A stretch of 63,464 nucleotides of DNA, filler included, from Octopus bimaculoides (Eukaryota): the NCBI RefSeq assembly GCF_001194135.2. It is 3 parts of 2 records of this genome, joined end to end, with 100 filler letters (N's around TTAATTAATTAA, not from the genome) between each part and the next. Parts side by side here need not be neighbours in the genome. Positions count along the whole stretch, not along the records: positions 47,375 to 63,464 come from NC_068997.1; 2 more parts are not named here. The stretch is one strand, 5' to 3'. Of this stretch, positions 51,990-63,464 are shown piece after piece (position 1 is the stretch's first letter; the number at the start of each line of letters is the position of its first letter). Both the position numbers and the translations under genes were made by a program. The notes beneath the pieces were generated by a model. It was not told the DNA's origin, searched no databases, and was given only the letters and a program-made list of their open reading frames with translations.

Positions 51990-52569
51990 CTAAGAAGAAT
52001 AAAAAGAAAACATTACAAAAACGACATCTTGCGCGTCATGATTTTAAATAATTACACCATTATCGGGTTCTTGGCTGACTCTAACGAAGTCATCTTGGCC
52101 AGAACTTACTCCTTTATAGAGGCCGACAAGAAACAGATCAGCGTTACCCTTCTTCCGCTGACAAAGTCACATAAAAAGGGAAGAGAAAGCAAGAATAAAT
52201 ATTACAGTTGGAAATGAAAATAATATCATGTAATATAGATATCAAAGAAATAATATAGAAATCAAAGGAATTTCATTTAATTCCTTTTATTATGCCATAC
52301 AATTTTTATGACATCATCATGAAGAGTCGTTATAAATTTAGTCCTTCGGAAAGTATTTAGTACACACCGGTTTGTTTGTCAAAAATGTACTAATAAAATA
52401 AAGGTTACCGTAATAACGATAAATCTTGTGATGATCAAAAAGGGCAAACAAAATATTGATTTCAAACTTCGGCACAAGGTCAGAAATTTGTTGCGGAGGG
52501 GAGGGCTCTACTCGATTATATTGATCCCAATGTTCAGCACTTATTTTATCGACTCCGAAAGAGTGGAAG

Positions 52570-53382
52570 GATGCTGCTATAGAACGTGTGTGCCAAAAGT
52601 GGTTTTCAAGGTTTCGGTCCAAGATGCACCTCGCTCTGGCTGGCCAATTAAGATAACAGTGAAACCAACCCTCATTATACGACCAGGATGATCCAGATCA
52701 TATTTCAATTGAATGAGACTAATCTCGTCTAAAGGATTTCCAAATGCAGTTCGTTGCAGAAACATGCAGAAAACGATCCTTTTTTGAAGAGAGTGGTGAC
52801 AAGGACCGCGGCGAACCACAAAAAACAACCGCCAGAGCAGGAATTTGTCTAAAGAAGGTTAAGGTTTCAATTTGGTTTGATTGGAAGTGTGTTATTTTTT
52901 ATGAGCTTCTTCCTACGAATAGATAGGACCATCAAATCAGATGTGTACTGTCGCCAGCTGGACAAGTTAAACGCAGCGACCCACCAGAAGCGTCCAGAAC
53001 ATCCTATTCGTGAGGGCACTGTCATTTATGATAATGCCAGACCGCACACTACTTTGTAGACGTTACTGTGGCTTGGCTGAGAAGTTTTGCCTCGCCCTCC
53101 ATATCCGCCAGACCTTTCGCCTTCCGATTTCTACTTATTTCGGTCTCTTAACAATTCATTGAATGGACAGACCTTCAACTCCGAAGAGAATGTAAAAAAT
53201 TACCTGGAAGGTTTGTAAAGAAGGAAATTCTTTGAGAAAGAAGTATTGGATCTACCCAAAAGATTGGAGGAGATAATGAAACGAAACGGTAATTATATCA
53301 TTTTATAAATCAGTTTGTGCTAGGAACTTACATTTCATTTTCGTTTAAAAACTGAACGGAGTTTTTGACCAACTCAATACTA
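52570..53382 (+). pseudogene. Decayed mariner element
   Basis: IWFDWKCVIFYELLP, YDNARPH, PPYPPDLSPSDFYLFRSL; right TIR remnant near 53360-53382. Confidence 0.9.
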
Positions 53383-53389
53383 ACTGTAT

Positions 53390-53960
53390 TAGAAAAGTGG
53401 GAGAGACTTTGGATATCGGAAAACGTACCTCTACAGTTTCATACAATTTAAAACAAGAAAATGTAAACGTGCCTTCTGATCTGTTGGAAGTATTTGAATC
53501 CAACGCAGACTCATTTTTCCAACATGGAGACAAAAAATAAAGCTTGGGTTTCACCAAGAAACGAAAGCTCCACACTAAATGGCATTCCACTTCTTTAGAA
53601 ATTTAACAGCCATCGATCTGCAGAGAGATTGTCTTTTTGGCTAACAAAGGCGCCATTTTTCGTGTTTTTTTTTTTTGTGAGTCGATCCTGGATTGTGAAC
53701 AACGAATGATACATTGAGACACTCAAAAGGCTCAGAGAAGCTGTTAGCAGAAAAAAAACGAGCATATTCTTCATGACAATACACGATCACATTCGTCGCA
53801 ATATATCAGACAATCGGCAAATTGGATTGGTCAGTTTCTCTTCATTTCATGTCCTCCGAATTCTACTATTTCGGTTCTGTGAAAGACAGAGTTCGGGAAT
53901 AATGATTCGGTGACAGAGCAGAGTTGAAATTGGCTGAGAAGTGGCTACACCAGTACGTTA
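53390..53960 (+). pseudogene. Second decayed mariner fragment
   Basis: TLDIGKRTSTVSYNL, YIETLKRLREAV, HDNTRSH, SEFYYFGSVK. Confidence 0.75.
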
Positions 53961-54674
53961 ANNNNNNNNNNNNNNNNNNNNNNNNNNNNNNNNNNNNNNN
54001 NNNNNNNNNNNNNNNNNNNNNNNNNNNNNNNNNNNNNNNNNNNNNNNNNNNNNNNNNNNNNNNNNNNNNNNNNNNNNNNNNNNNNNNNNNNNNNNNNNNN
54101 NNNNNNNNNNNNNNNNNNNNNNNNNNNNNNNNNNNNNNNNNNNNNNNNNNNNNNNNNNNNNNNNNNNNNNNNNNNNNNNNNNNNNNNNNNNNNNNNNNNN
54201 NNNNNNNNNNNNNNNNNNNNNNNNNNNNNNNNNNNNNNNNNNNNNNNNNNNNNNNNNNNNNNNNNNNNNNNNNNNNNNNNNNNNNNNNNNNNNNNNNNNN
54301 NNNNNNNNNNNNNNNNNNNNNNNNNNNNNNNNNNNNNNNNNNNNNNNNNNNNNNNNNNNNNNNNNNNNNNNNNNNNNNNNNNNNNNNNNNNNNNNNNNNN
54401 NNNNNNNNNNNNNNNNNNNNNNNNNNNNNNNNNNNNNNNNNNNNNNNNNNNNNNNNNNNNNNNNNNNNNNNNNNNNNNNNNNNNNNNNNNNNNNNNNNNN
54501 NNNNNNNNNNNNNNNNNNNNNNNNNNNNNNNNNNNNNNNNNNNNNNNNNNNNNNNNNNNNNNNNNNNNNNNNNNNNNNNNNNNNNNNNNNNNNNNNNNNN
54601 NNNNNNNNNNNNNNNNNNNNNNNNNNNNNNNNNNNNNNNNNNNNNNNNNNNNNNNNNNNNNNNNNNNNNNNNNN

Positions 54675-54699
<25 letters not shown>

Positions 54700-54705
<6 letters not shown>

Positions 54706-55385
54706 AGACATCACTAAAGTGACAGAGGGTACAAAGTGGTAGCGGCATTGCAGGAAATAAGAGTTAAACCGACTCATTAGCTACAAGGGTATTGTCTGAA
54801 TTAGTTGACAAGGGAGACAAGCTGCCTACGGTCGCAGATATAGCCATATCACTGGTGATTTCGAATTTTGATGCAGAGTATCTTAATTCTCATCGGTGGC
54901 TCTTATCACGCCTATGGTTAAACTCAACTCACCTCGTCACCTAATATGAAAACCGTTGAACTCATGTACTGAATTCAAAAACGGTAGAAGTGAAAACTAT
55001 AAAAATAGGGGTGGCTTATTAGCTATTTAACAACCCAAGGCAAATTTATAGACGTCACTAACTTCACAGAGGGTACAATATGGTACCGACACTGCTAGAC
55101 ATAAGAGCCAAACCGACTCATCAGCCTCGGGAGCGCTATCTTGATAAGCTAACAAAGGAGACCTGATTCCTACGGTCATAGTTTTCACTCCTAGTGTTTT
55201 TGTAATCAGCACATGAGTTCAACGGAGCTCGTCTCCCTTGTCAGCTAATGAAGATAGGGTTTTGTGGTTAATGAGTTGTTTTGACTCTTATTTCTAGCAA
55301 TGCTGGTGCCACATTTTACCCTCTGTCACTTTAGTGACATCTATAAACTTTCCTTAGGTTGTTAAATTGCTAATAAGCCACTCAT
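54700..55385. repeat. Tandem plus inverted arrangement of a ~200-300-bp unit
   Basis: gtcactaaagtgacagagggta unit at ~54707(+), ~55050(+) and ~55340(-). Confidence 0.8.
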
Positions 55386-55399
55386 ATTATTTACACACA

Positions 55400-55431
<32 letters not shown>

Positions 55432-55452
55432 TACACACACACACACACACAT

Positions 55453-55500
<48 letters not shown>

Positions 55501-55559
55501 GTGTATCTTTTCAAATTCCTTAAGCGTCTTCGTCTCTCTATCGCTATAGAAAATGATTA

Positions 55560-56033
55560 TACTAGGGTTAACCTCCTTGTTGTTACTTTTGGTGTAAGTA
55601 ATGAACTATACCAACCTTATCATAAGCGAAATGAGTGCTTAAGATATATAATTAAAAATTCAAATCACCCAAGAAGCATAATAAATTCTATCATTGAATA
55701 TATATATATGCCCGTTTTCGAGACATTTGGCTAATGAGGATGTTTAAGGAAAATCAAAATTACTACAACCAGACATTATTTGAAGCTGGATATAAAGATA
55801 AAATTTACTATATCCAGAATAATAACAATTATAAAATTCCCAGTAATGATAGAATATTATATAAATTGGAGGCTTAAAAGAGAGTATAATAAAACAAAAA
55901 ATTTAGATATTTTTTAACTAAGCTAAATAAAAGAAAGAGCAATAATGACACAAATGTGATATGCAAAAACTTAAGTATTAAAGATAAACATATTAATAAG
56001 TATAGGCCTAAATCTTTAGGAAATAAATATGTG

Positions 56034-56068
<35 letters not shown>

Positions 56069-56233
56069 TAATAATAATAATAATAATTACACTACTGGGC
56101 ACTGCACACATCCTACGCAAAACACTTTCAATACAGTAACCATAAGAGCATCACAACAAACCACAGCACATACCCAAGGCACACAGAGCTGCGCTCTGTA
56201 GTGAAGTGAAAGCACGTTATAAAAATAAAACTA

Positions 56234-56309
<76 letters not shown>

Positions 56310-57150
56310 TTAGAAATAAAAATTACAATAGGAAAAAATCCAATATTAATAAAGGCAGTACTAATAAAAGAAAGTATATATAAATCATAAAAAGAATAAA
56401 TCAACAAATATTTGATATAATGTTCCATTCTCATTTTCAATAGCTACCAATTTCCCTCGAAAATTCTTTGCTGCACTAGATAGGTTATTTCCCACCTTTA
56501 AGTAAATATGGGAAATTATTTAATCACCATAGTAGAAAGTTTTCGTATTCAGCCACTAGAAATTTATTTGAGATTATAGCAGCATACAATAAACAGAGTA
56601 TTAATGAATATCTCAATTTTAAAATTATAACTAGAACGGATAAAGTGTATCGTGAAATTAACTCTAATGATATTATTTCTGAACTAGTAATTACAACTCT
56701 GATAATACAGTTAGGTTTATTACGTAACTTTCGAGTGACGAATACAAGTGAATAAATTCCTGAGTAATTGTCAAAACAAAATTATATGCGCTTAAGAAAA
56801 TCAGTGTTTAAGGGTAAATATAGTATAGTACATTGGTTCATATGCTACAATTTGGAAATCTAGATTTCATAATCATTCTCATTCATTTAAGACTAGAAGA
56901 AAAAGTAATTCTACAGATCTAAGTAATGCATTTGAAATTTAAAAGACAGGAACAGTTTATATGGTTTAAAGTAGCCCATTATTGCTTATGCACCGACGTA
57001 CAATATTGGCAATTCTGCATGTGATCACTGCCTTGCAGAAATGTATTATATAATTATTTCTAAAGAAATTTTATCAAATTTGAATGGGAACTTTACTATA
57101 AGATGCAACCATAAATTTCAAAAGACATTCAAATATTTCACCTCTTAATT
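55560..57150 (+). pseudogene. Decayed Penelope-like element: RT C-terminus and GIY-YIG endonuclease
   Basis: YQPYHKRNECLRYIIKNSNHPRSII; EAGYKDKI; YIGSYATIWKSRFHNHSHSF...NSTDLS; CDHCLAE...RCNHK. Confidence 0.8.
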
Positions 57151-57432
57151 ATAATATCTCATATATTATATAAGGTTAATTCTTCTAACAGGTTTAATAC
57201 ATTTAATAAATAGATAACTAATTGAAGTGACTATAATCATAGCGTAGAATTCTTATCTTTAATAAATTCAAATTACGATAAACGTAACCAAACAAACGAA
57301 GTTTGCTTTTAGAAGCGTTGAGAGGTCTTAGAAAGTTAGAGAAGTGATTTTAAATTCTCAATCGCAGGATAATGCTAAAACTATAGCCTGAACAGGATAA
57401 ACTACCCCTATTTTGCAGAAAAAAGTGTAGGC

Positions 57433-57507
57433 AGTTAGCTATGAGACTCGAACTCACATCTCCGTGATTACGCGTCGCGGTGCTCTGACCGATTGAGCTA
57501 AACTCTC
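57433..57507 (-). tRNA. tRNA-like gene or pseudogene (atypical; nominal CGT anticodon)
   Basis: D arm gctc/gagc, T arm gtgag-ttcgagt-ctcat, acceptor 5/7 paired, 6-bp anticodon stem with one mismatch and no U33; T6 run at 57419-57424. Confidence 0.5.
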
Positions 57508-58087
57508 CCACTACAGATTCCTCTGCAAATTTAAGATGTATAGAAATTTTGCTTTATGAGACGCTATCATATGAGATGATACATATNNNNNNNNNNNNNN
57601 NNNNNNNNNNNNNNNNNNNNNNNNNNNNNNNNNNNNNNNNNNNNNNNNNNNNNNNNNNNNNNNNNNNNNNNNNNNNNNNNNNNNNNNNNNNNNNNNNNNN
57701 NNNNNNNNNNNNNNNNNNNNNNNNNNNNNNNNNNNNNNNNNNNNNNNNNNNNNNNNNNNNNNNNNNNNNNNNNNNNNNNNNNNNNNNNNNNNNNNNNNNN
57801 NNNNNNNNNNNNNNNNNNNNNNNNNNNNNNNNNNNNNNNNNNNNNNNNNNNNNNNNNNNNNNNNNNNNNNNNNNNNNNNNNNNNNNNNNNNNNNNNNNNN
57901 NNNNNNNNNNNNNNNNNNNNNNNNNNNNNNNNNNNNNNNNNNNNNNNNNNNNNNNNNNNNNNNNNNNNNNNNNNNNNNNNNNNNNNNNNNNNNNNNNNNN
58001 NNNNNNNNNNNNNNNNNNNNNNNNNNNNNNNNNNNNNNNNNNNNNNNNNNNNNNNNNNNNNNNNNNNNNNNNNNNNNNNNNNNNNNN

Positions 58088-58141
<54 letters not shown>

Positions 58142-58269
58142 AATATATATATATGAATATATAAATATATTTATATATATGTATATAAATGTATATATGT
58201 GTATATATATGTATTTGTACATGTTCGTGTATGTGTGTAGGTTGTGGAAGCTTCCCGTGAGATTTGTGC

Positions 58270-58851
58270 TGTGAATGGGGAAAGAGCTATGCCTCAGTGT
58301 ACCACCCACCGTTGGTTTTCGCGCTTTAAGAAGAGAATTTTGATCTTGAAGACAGATTACACACCGATCGACCAATTGGGTTCGAGGAAGGGCGATTGAA
58401 TCAACTTTTTCACGAAAATCCAAATCAAAGGACCAGAGAATTGTCGGAACAGATGGATTGTGATAAAAAAAAAACTGTAGAAACCACCTTCTCTCAATGT
58501 CTAAGGTTCACATCGCCTATATGTACAAAGTTGTGATTCAAGAACTCTAATGAGAAGTCCTGCTCCATGCTCCATGATCTTGATCAAGACTAGGCGCCGT
58601 CAGATTTTCATCACTTTCGACCATTTTGCGCGGTGTATCGTTGAATAATGTCGTAGAATTGAGGTCTCGGTTGGTCAAATTCGTTGAGTCAAGACCGGAA
58701 TATTTCTACCAACGAGGCATCGAAAAAAATATTGAACGATGGGAGGAAGTCGTAAAGAACAACGGAAAATATATTTTCTATTAATTTGTTGTAGTCTTTA
58801 CGTTTAAAACAATTTTGAAAAAAAAACGCTCATGAATTATTTTTTAACTCA

Positions 58852-58853
<2 letters not shown>
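58270..58853 (+). pseudogene. Internally deleted mariner
   Basis: FDLEDR...RLNQLFHENPNQRTREL; APSDFHHFR; RPEYFYQRGIEK..ERWEEVVKNNGKYI; TIR remnant. Confidence 0.85.
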
Positions 58854-58911
<58 letters not shown>

Positions 58912-59029
58912 TATATATCTGTATTTCTGTATGGTTGTATGTAAAAGTTTCCATATATCTACGAATGTCTACAAATACTGTATTATTTTATAACTATATA
59001 ACTTAGTTGGCTTACATTACTACTACTAC

Positions 59030-59035
59030 TACTAC

Positions 59036-59073
<38 letters not shown>

Positions 59074-59520
59074 TAGGAAGCCCAATATATCCAACATGAC
59101 CGATAAGGGCACACCAGGCACATGCATCACAACCAAGATAAATAGCGGGTGATCTTGCAGGTGGGACCCAGTTAGAATTTTCTTCAAGCCGAATGACTCA
59201 TTCCGATCAAAAGATACATGAATAAGGGTTGTTTAATGATGAAGGAAACGTCCATATTTTCAGGGGTGAATTGGACAAATCTCTCTCAACACATGACTAT
59301 GGTCCTTCCTCACTACTCCTGCTAGCAATCAGAGATACGTATATCGTCAGTCACTAAGGGACAGACTGGTCAAGGCCGATCAGCTGACAAGTAAATAAGT
59401 GGTACAAAGCAGAATATTTGCTACAGCCCATCTTTTACACCAAGACAAAACATACATGATAACATTTCCAATCAACTAAAATCAGAAGCTAGGACAGTCA
59501 CTGCCTGATAATACTGCATG
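59030..59520 (-). mobile_element. Family G retroposon 3' region
   Basis: Reverse match to 19360-19600, with the (AAT)n tail at 59030-59073. Confidence 0.65.
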
Positions 59521-60279
59521 AAAAAAGGAAAGAAGAAAGAAAAAGGAGAGATGCGAAGAAGAGGCATTACAAAGGGTTGAGGCTGATACGCATTTGCTTA
59601 TATAATATCTGTATTATTTTCATGCAACGCTTTATAACACGAGCTTAAGGAGAGGAATGGTAGCAAATATAACAAAAGTATGGTAAATAAGATAGAAAAG
59701 ACAAGGCCGAACGCAAGGTAAATTAGGAAAAAGTGTAAAGCAAGGGAAATTAAATTGATAGAAAGAACAAGTTTCGAATACACAGACACTGTAAAAGGCT
59801 GATAGAAATAGAGAATACATAAATAAATGACTCAGGTAGATAAAGTATATATCGAAGGTTGTTCAATGTGAAAAAAAAAAAAACAAGAGAAAAAATATTA
59901 ATAGGTGGAAAGAGTATGTACAAAAATGCTTATAACTAGAAAATCGTGCAAAGATGTTTGTATGCTCAACAAGCCTAATGTATATGATGGCGAACCTAAA
60001 TACTTTTTAAATGGTAATTGCCTGATTAAAGAAGTTTTTTTATAGGGATTATGCACATGTTAATAATAATCTTAGGTACAAAACTTATACTGGAGCTACA
60101 TAAAGCAGCTTCAGATCGAGACATTATTTACAAAAGAATTTATTCAAATATCCGAAATTTATTCAAATATCCGAAAAACATGTTAGCGAATTTAGTTAAA
60201 CAAGTATGGTAATGAAAAGAAGTTGTTTCTGTCCCCTTTAAGATACAATAGTCAATATTAGGAGAAAGCAAGCCCATAG

Positions 60280-60449
60280 AGGCATGAATCTCTCCCGCCT
60301 GCGTTCCAGGGAGTAGAGACCTAGTGCCTGCAGTCGCTCCCTGTAGTTCATCTGGGAGGATACAGGAGGCGGTCGAAAAAGCCAGCTTCTATATATGGCT
60401 GAAGCGGGAAGACCGAATATGGCTTGAAAGTCATAACATGTCTAGGTGA
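60280..60449 (+). pseudogene. Probable C-terminus of an RLE-type LINE (HERO-like)
   Basis: IQEAVEKASFYIWLKREDRIW* resembles the EAAERASxWLWLKR end motif as I recall it. Confidence 0.45.
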
Positions 60450-61334
60450 GACAGGCTGACACTGAAGTGGCTTCGCGCCCTCCATTGTCAGTTAAAGTTC
60501 ATACAGTGTCATGTGACAACTTGCTGGGGCTACTTGCTGGAGCCTAGCAGCGGGAAATTTAGACAGTGTCACGTGACAACTAGCTGGGGCTGCCTGCTGA
60601 AGCCTAGCAGCAGATATAANNNNNNNNNNNNNNNNNNNNNNNNNNNNNNNNNNNNNNNNNNNNNNNNNNNNNNNNNNNNNNNNNNNNNNNNNNNNNNNNN
60701 NNNNNNNNNNNNNNNNNNNNNNNNNNNNNNNNNNNNNNNNNNNNNNNNNNNNNNNNNNNNNNNNNNNNNNNNNNNNNNNNNNNNNNNNNNNNNNNNNNNN
60801 NNNNNNNNNNNNNNNNNNNNNNNNNNNNNNNNNNNNNNNTAACTGGATCCTAATCCACCAAGGAAAGGTATGTCAGAAGAAAGTAATTCAACAACGCGGG
60901 TTGATGAACCGTAAGACGTGTGGCCAGAACCTCCTGGAAAATAACCATAGCGAGGGACATTCCACAGTTGAATTAGAACAGTCACAAACAGTGAAAAAAG
61001 ATATGCACCCAACACCAGAGCTGAAGACACCTCCGAAAGGGGGTGGCCCCGCCACGTCAAAACGGTAGAGGAGTAGGGGCCGAAACCGGACGTGGTTCCT
61101 CCTGATGATGTATTGAGCTAACTGGATCCTATAAAGGAGCTGTTGTGGTAGCAGACCACGAAACATGGTTGAAATTCCCCTATCATCACAAAAAGAAAAA
61201 AAATCTGGCTAAAGAGTTTTAACATATAGTGTAAAAATATATAAAAATGTAATCGGAAATATTCCACGATAAGAAATAGAATATGTACGCGTGCGTATAT
61301 GTATGAGCGTAGTATATGTATGTGTGAGTGAATG

Positions 61335-61381
<47 letters not shown>

Positions 61382-61794
61382 ATGTTTTGTATGCGTGTAT
61401 CTGTGTGTGTATTGAATCTGGGTAACTTAATTTGTTTAAATTTTATAAATCTCAGTCTTTCGAATAAGAATTCAAAAGTGCATATTCAGATTAATTTCCA
61501 TTTGAATCTAGACTAATTTCCATTTGAAAAAGTATGACTTATTGAGACAAATTTATGGAATCAATAGCAAGCTCTCGTATCCTATATGAAAATGTCGGTA
61601 ATAAAATTCTGAAGATTTGATGTAAGTTACATATATTGAAATGTTACCAGAATTTGATATCTTCGTTTCAATTTATGTATTTTGTCGAATGATTGGTCTG
61701 CCCCTATACTATAACAAAGAGAATTACTTATTAATTACTCTGGATTATGTAACTTTTAGTAAAAGAAATAAATTATTTCACATTATCTGTTATC

Positions 61795-62120
61795 TTCTAC
61801 TTGTTTCAGTCATTTGACTGCAATAATAATGAGGCACCGCTTTGAAGGGTTTTAGTTGAACAAATCGACTCCAGGACTTATTTTTCCAAAGCGTGCTACT
61901 TATTCTATCGGTCCCTTTTGTTGAACTGCTAAGTTACATACATACATACGTACATATATTTAAACCATGGTTTTTTTTTCAGTTACCATCTACGAAATCG
62001 ACTCATAAGGCTTTCATCGGCCCGAAGCTATAGTAGAAGACCAAGGTGCCATGCAGTGGGACTGAACTCGGCACCATGTTGTTGGGAAGCAAACTTCTTA
62101 CCACAGAGCCACACCTGCGC
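61795..62120 (-). mobile_element. Composite SINE family B (head, microsatellite, 3' module)
   Basis: Both modules are collinear. Confidence 0.85.
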
Positions 62121-62146
62121 GCATATATATGTATATGTATAGAGGA

Positions 62147-62850
62147 TGCGTAAGATATTTGAGGACAGTCTTATGTTTATAAAAAAGAAAAGCAGATATG
62201 TAATAACAGAAAATAACTTTATTTATAAAAAAATGCTATGATGATAAAAAGAAACCTTATTTTCTATACAGTTATTCAATAAAGCCACCTTCAGCTTCAA
62301 TAACTGCTTCTATATGAGATCTAAATCATCTACATGCTTGAATCAAGTGGTCTTGGTTCATTTTCGACATTACTCTGACTATGGCAGCTTTGAAAGAATC
62401 TTTGGTGTTATAGGTGTGTTCATTTACCTTTCTCTCAACAACGCTCCACATATAATAGTCCAATGGATTGAGATCTGGCGAATTAGGAGGGCAAATTTTA
62501 GAGTTATATATGATGTCTTCGTGGACAACATTTCTGACTGTTCTTTCTGACACATGGAGATCTTTTGCAATTGATATCATAGACTTTCTGGGATTGTAAT
62601 CAATGGTCTGTTGATCTTGCTGGATAAATTCAGGTGTTCTGATGATTCAGAACGTTTAAAATGCTTTTTATGTTTTGATACTGGTGATACCTTTTCATCT
62701 TCAGTCTCTAGCTCATTACAAACTTTGTAGACGAAAGTTTTGGCAACATTTAAAACTCTGGATATTTCGAAATCACAATGCTCAGCTTTTATAACCACAA
62801 TAACCGTATGCCTCTTCATTTCTTGAGTAAGCTGAGCGTCTGCCATTATT
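62147..62850 (-). pseudogene. Internally deleted Tc1/mariner-superfamily element (maT/DD37D-like)
   Basis: MKRHTVIVVIKAE..., IAKDLHVSERTVRNVVHEDI fused to PPNSPDLNPLDYYMWSVVE...IEAEGGFIE*. Confidence 0.8.
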
Positions 62851-62929
62851 ATTTGCATGTACCGCATCGGCTATCATTGCATTTGGACAGAGTGAATATT
62901 TGATTTTTGTTGATGAGGTCAAACCTAGC

Positions 62930-63260
62930 TTTGTTAATAGGTTTTTCCATGCTTTTTCAATATACTTCCTAAATTCAGTGTTTTATTTCTCTTCTATTTC
63001 CTGGTAGAGTTTTTGTTCTAAGTAACCCATCACCGAATCCGCATAAACGGGAGCACCCGTCATTCCCATAGCCGTGCCTTTAATTTGGATATAGTTCTTT
63101 CCATTAAAGAAAAAAGTATTATTTTCCAGGATAAGTCTCACTGAGTCTAGTATAAATGTCACGTGAATCTGTTGGTAATTGCTTCTCTATGTATAGGTAT
63201 AAAAGACAAAAGAACAGCCAGTCTGCTACAGTACATGTCAGACGGGATCTTGATGAATGC
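62930..63260 (-). pseudogene. Penelope-like RT core fragment
   Basis: LILENNTFFFNGKNYIQIKGTAMGMTGAPVYADSVMGYLE. Confidence 0.88.
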
Positions 63261-63464
63261 CATGAGGCATGAAAGTATACTAATCCTTATATATTTAATA
63301 CTCTATACTTAATACTCAGTATTTCATATATTCAATAAGACATTCAATACTTCATTTCATTTTACTATTTATATTATATATTCCATATTCTATATCCCAC
63401 ATTAATTTTATAAGAATATAAATAAAACATAGAAAGCAGACAGAACTGGAACTCTTTTAAATAA

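Noticed and set aside
52680-52710. Minus-strand YDLDHPGR resembling the PDE HDxxHxG signature
   Set aside because: Lacks the first His, has no splice sites, and lies within a collinear plus-strand mariner relic.
687-61516. Many poly-V/T/H/Y-I/C-V ORFs and ORFs running through N gaps
   Set aside because: They are translations of microsatellites or of N runs, with no domain content.

Overview
Repeat-saturated eukaryotic DNA with many N gaps. The SINE, microsatellite and transposon landscape looks like a coleoid cephalopod (Octopus-like); this is inferred from repeat character, not from a search. Two 100-nt N44-TTAATTAATTAA-N44 linkers (29106-29205, 47275-47374) show the window is three stitched scaffold pieces. 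Only one coding exon is confidently identifiable: a 75-nt minus-strand exon of a PDE5/PDE11-type cyclic-nucleotide phosphodiesterase (51915-51989). It is missing from the ORF track. Almost all listed ORFs are microsatellite or N-gap artefacts. The rest is tRNA-derived SINEs and LINE-type 3' tails, decayed mariner, maT-like, pogo and piggyBac transposons, MITEs (one piggyBac-type MITE amplified as tandem arrays), Penelope-like element (PLE) RT and GIY-YIG fragments, and a 45/90-bp minisatellite. The most interesting hidden layer is RNA. There are at least five minimal type-I hammerhead-ribozyme (HHR) motifs from four families, including a recurrent CUG-U-N-GA core variant. A tRNA-like Pol III module also sits antisense next to a decayed HHR at two separate loci. 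All folds and alignments were done by eye and need computational confirmation. Repeat boundaries are approximate.
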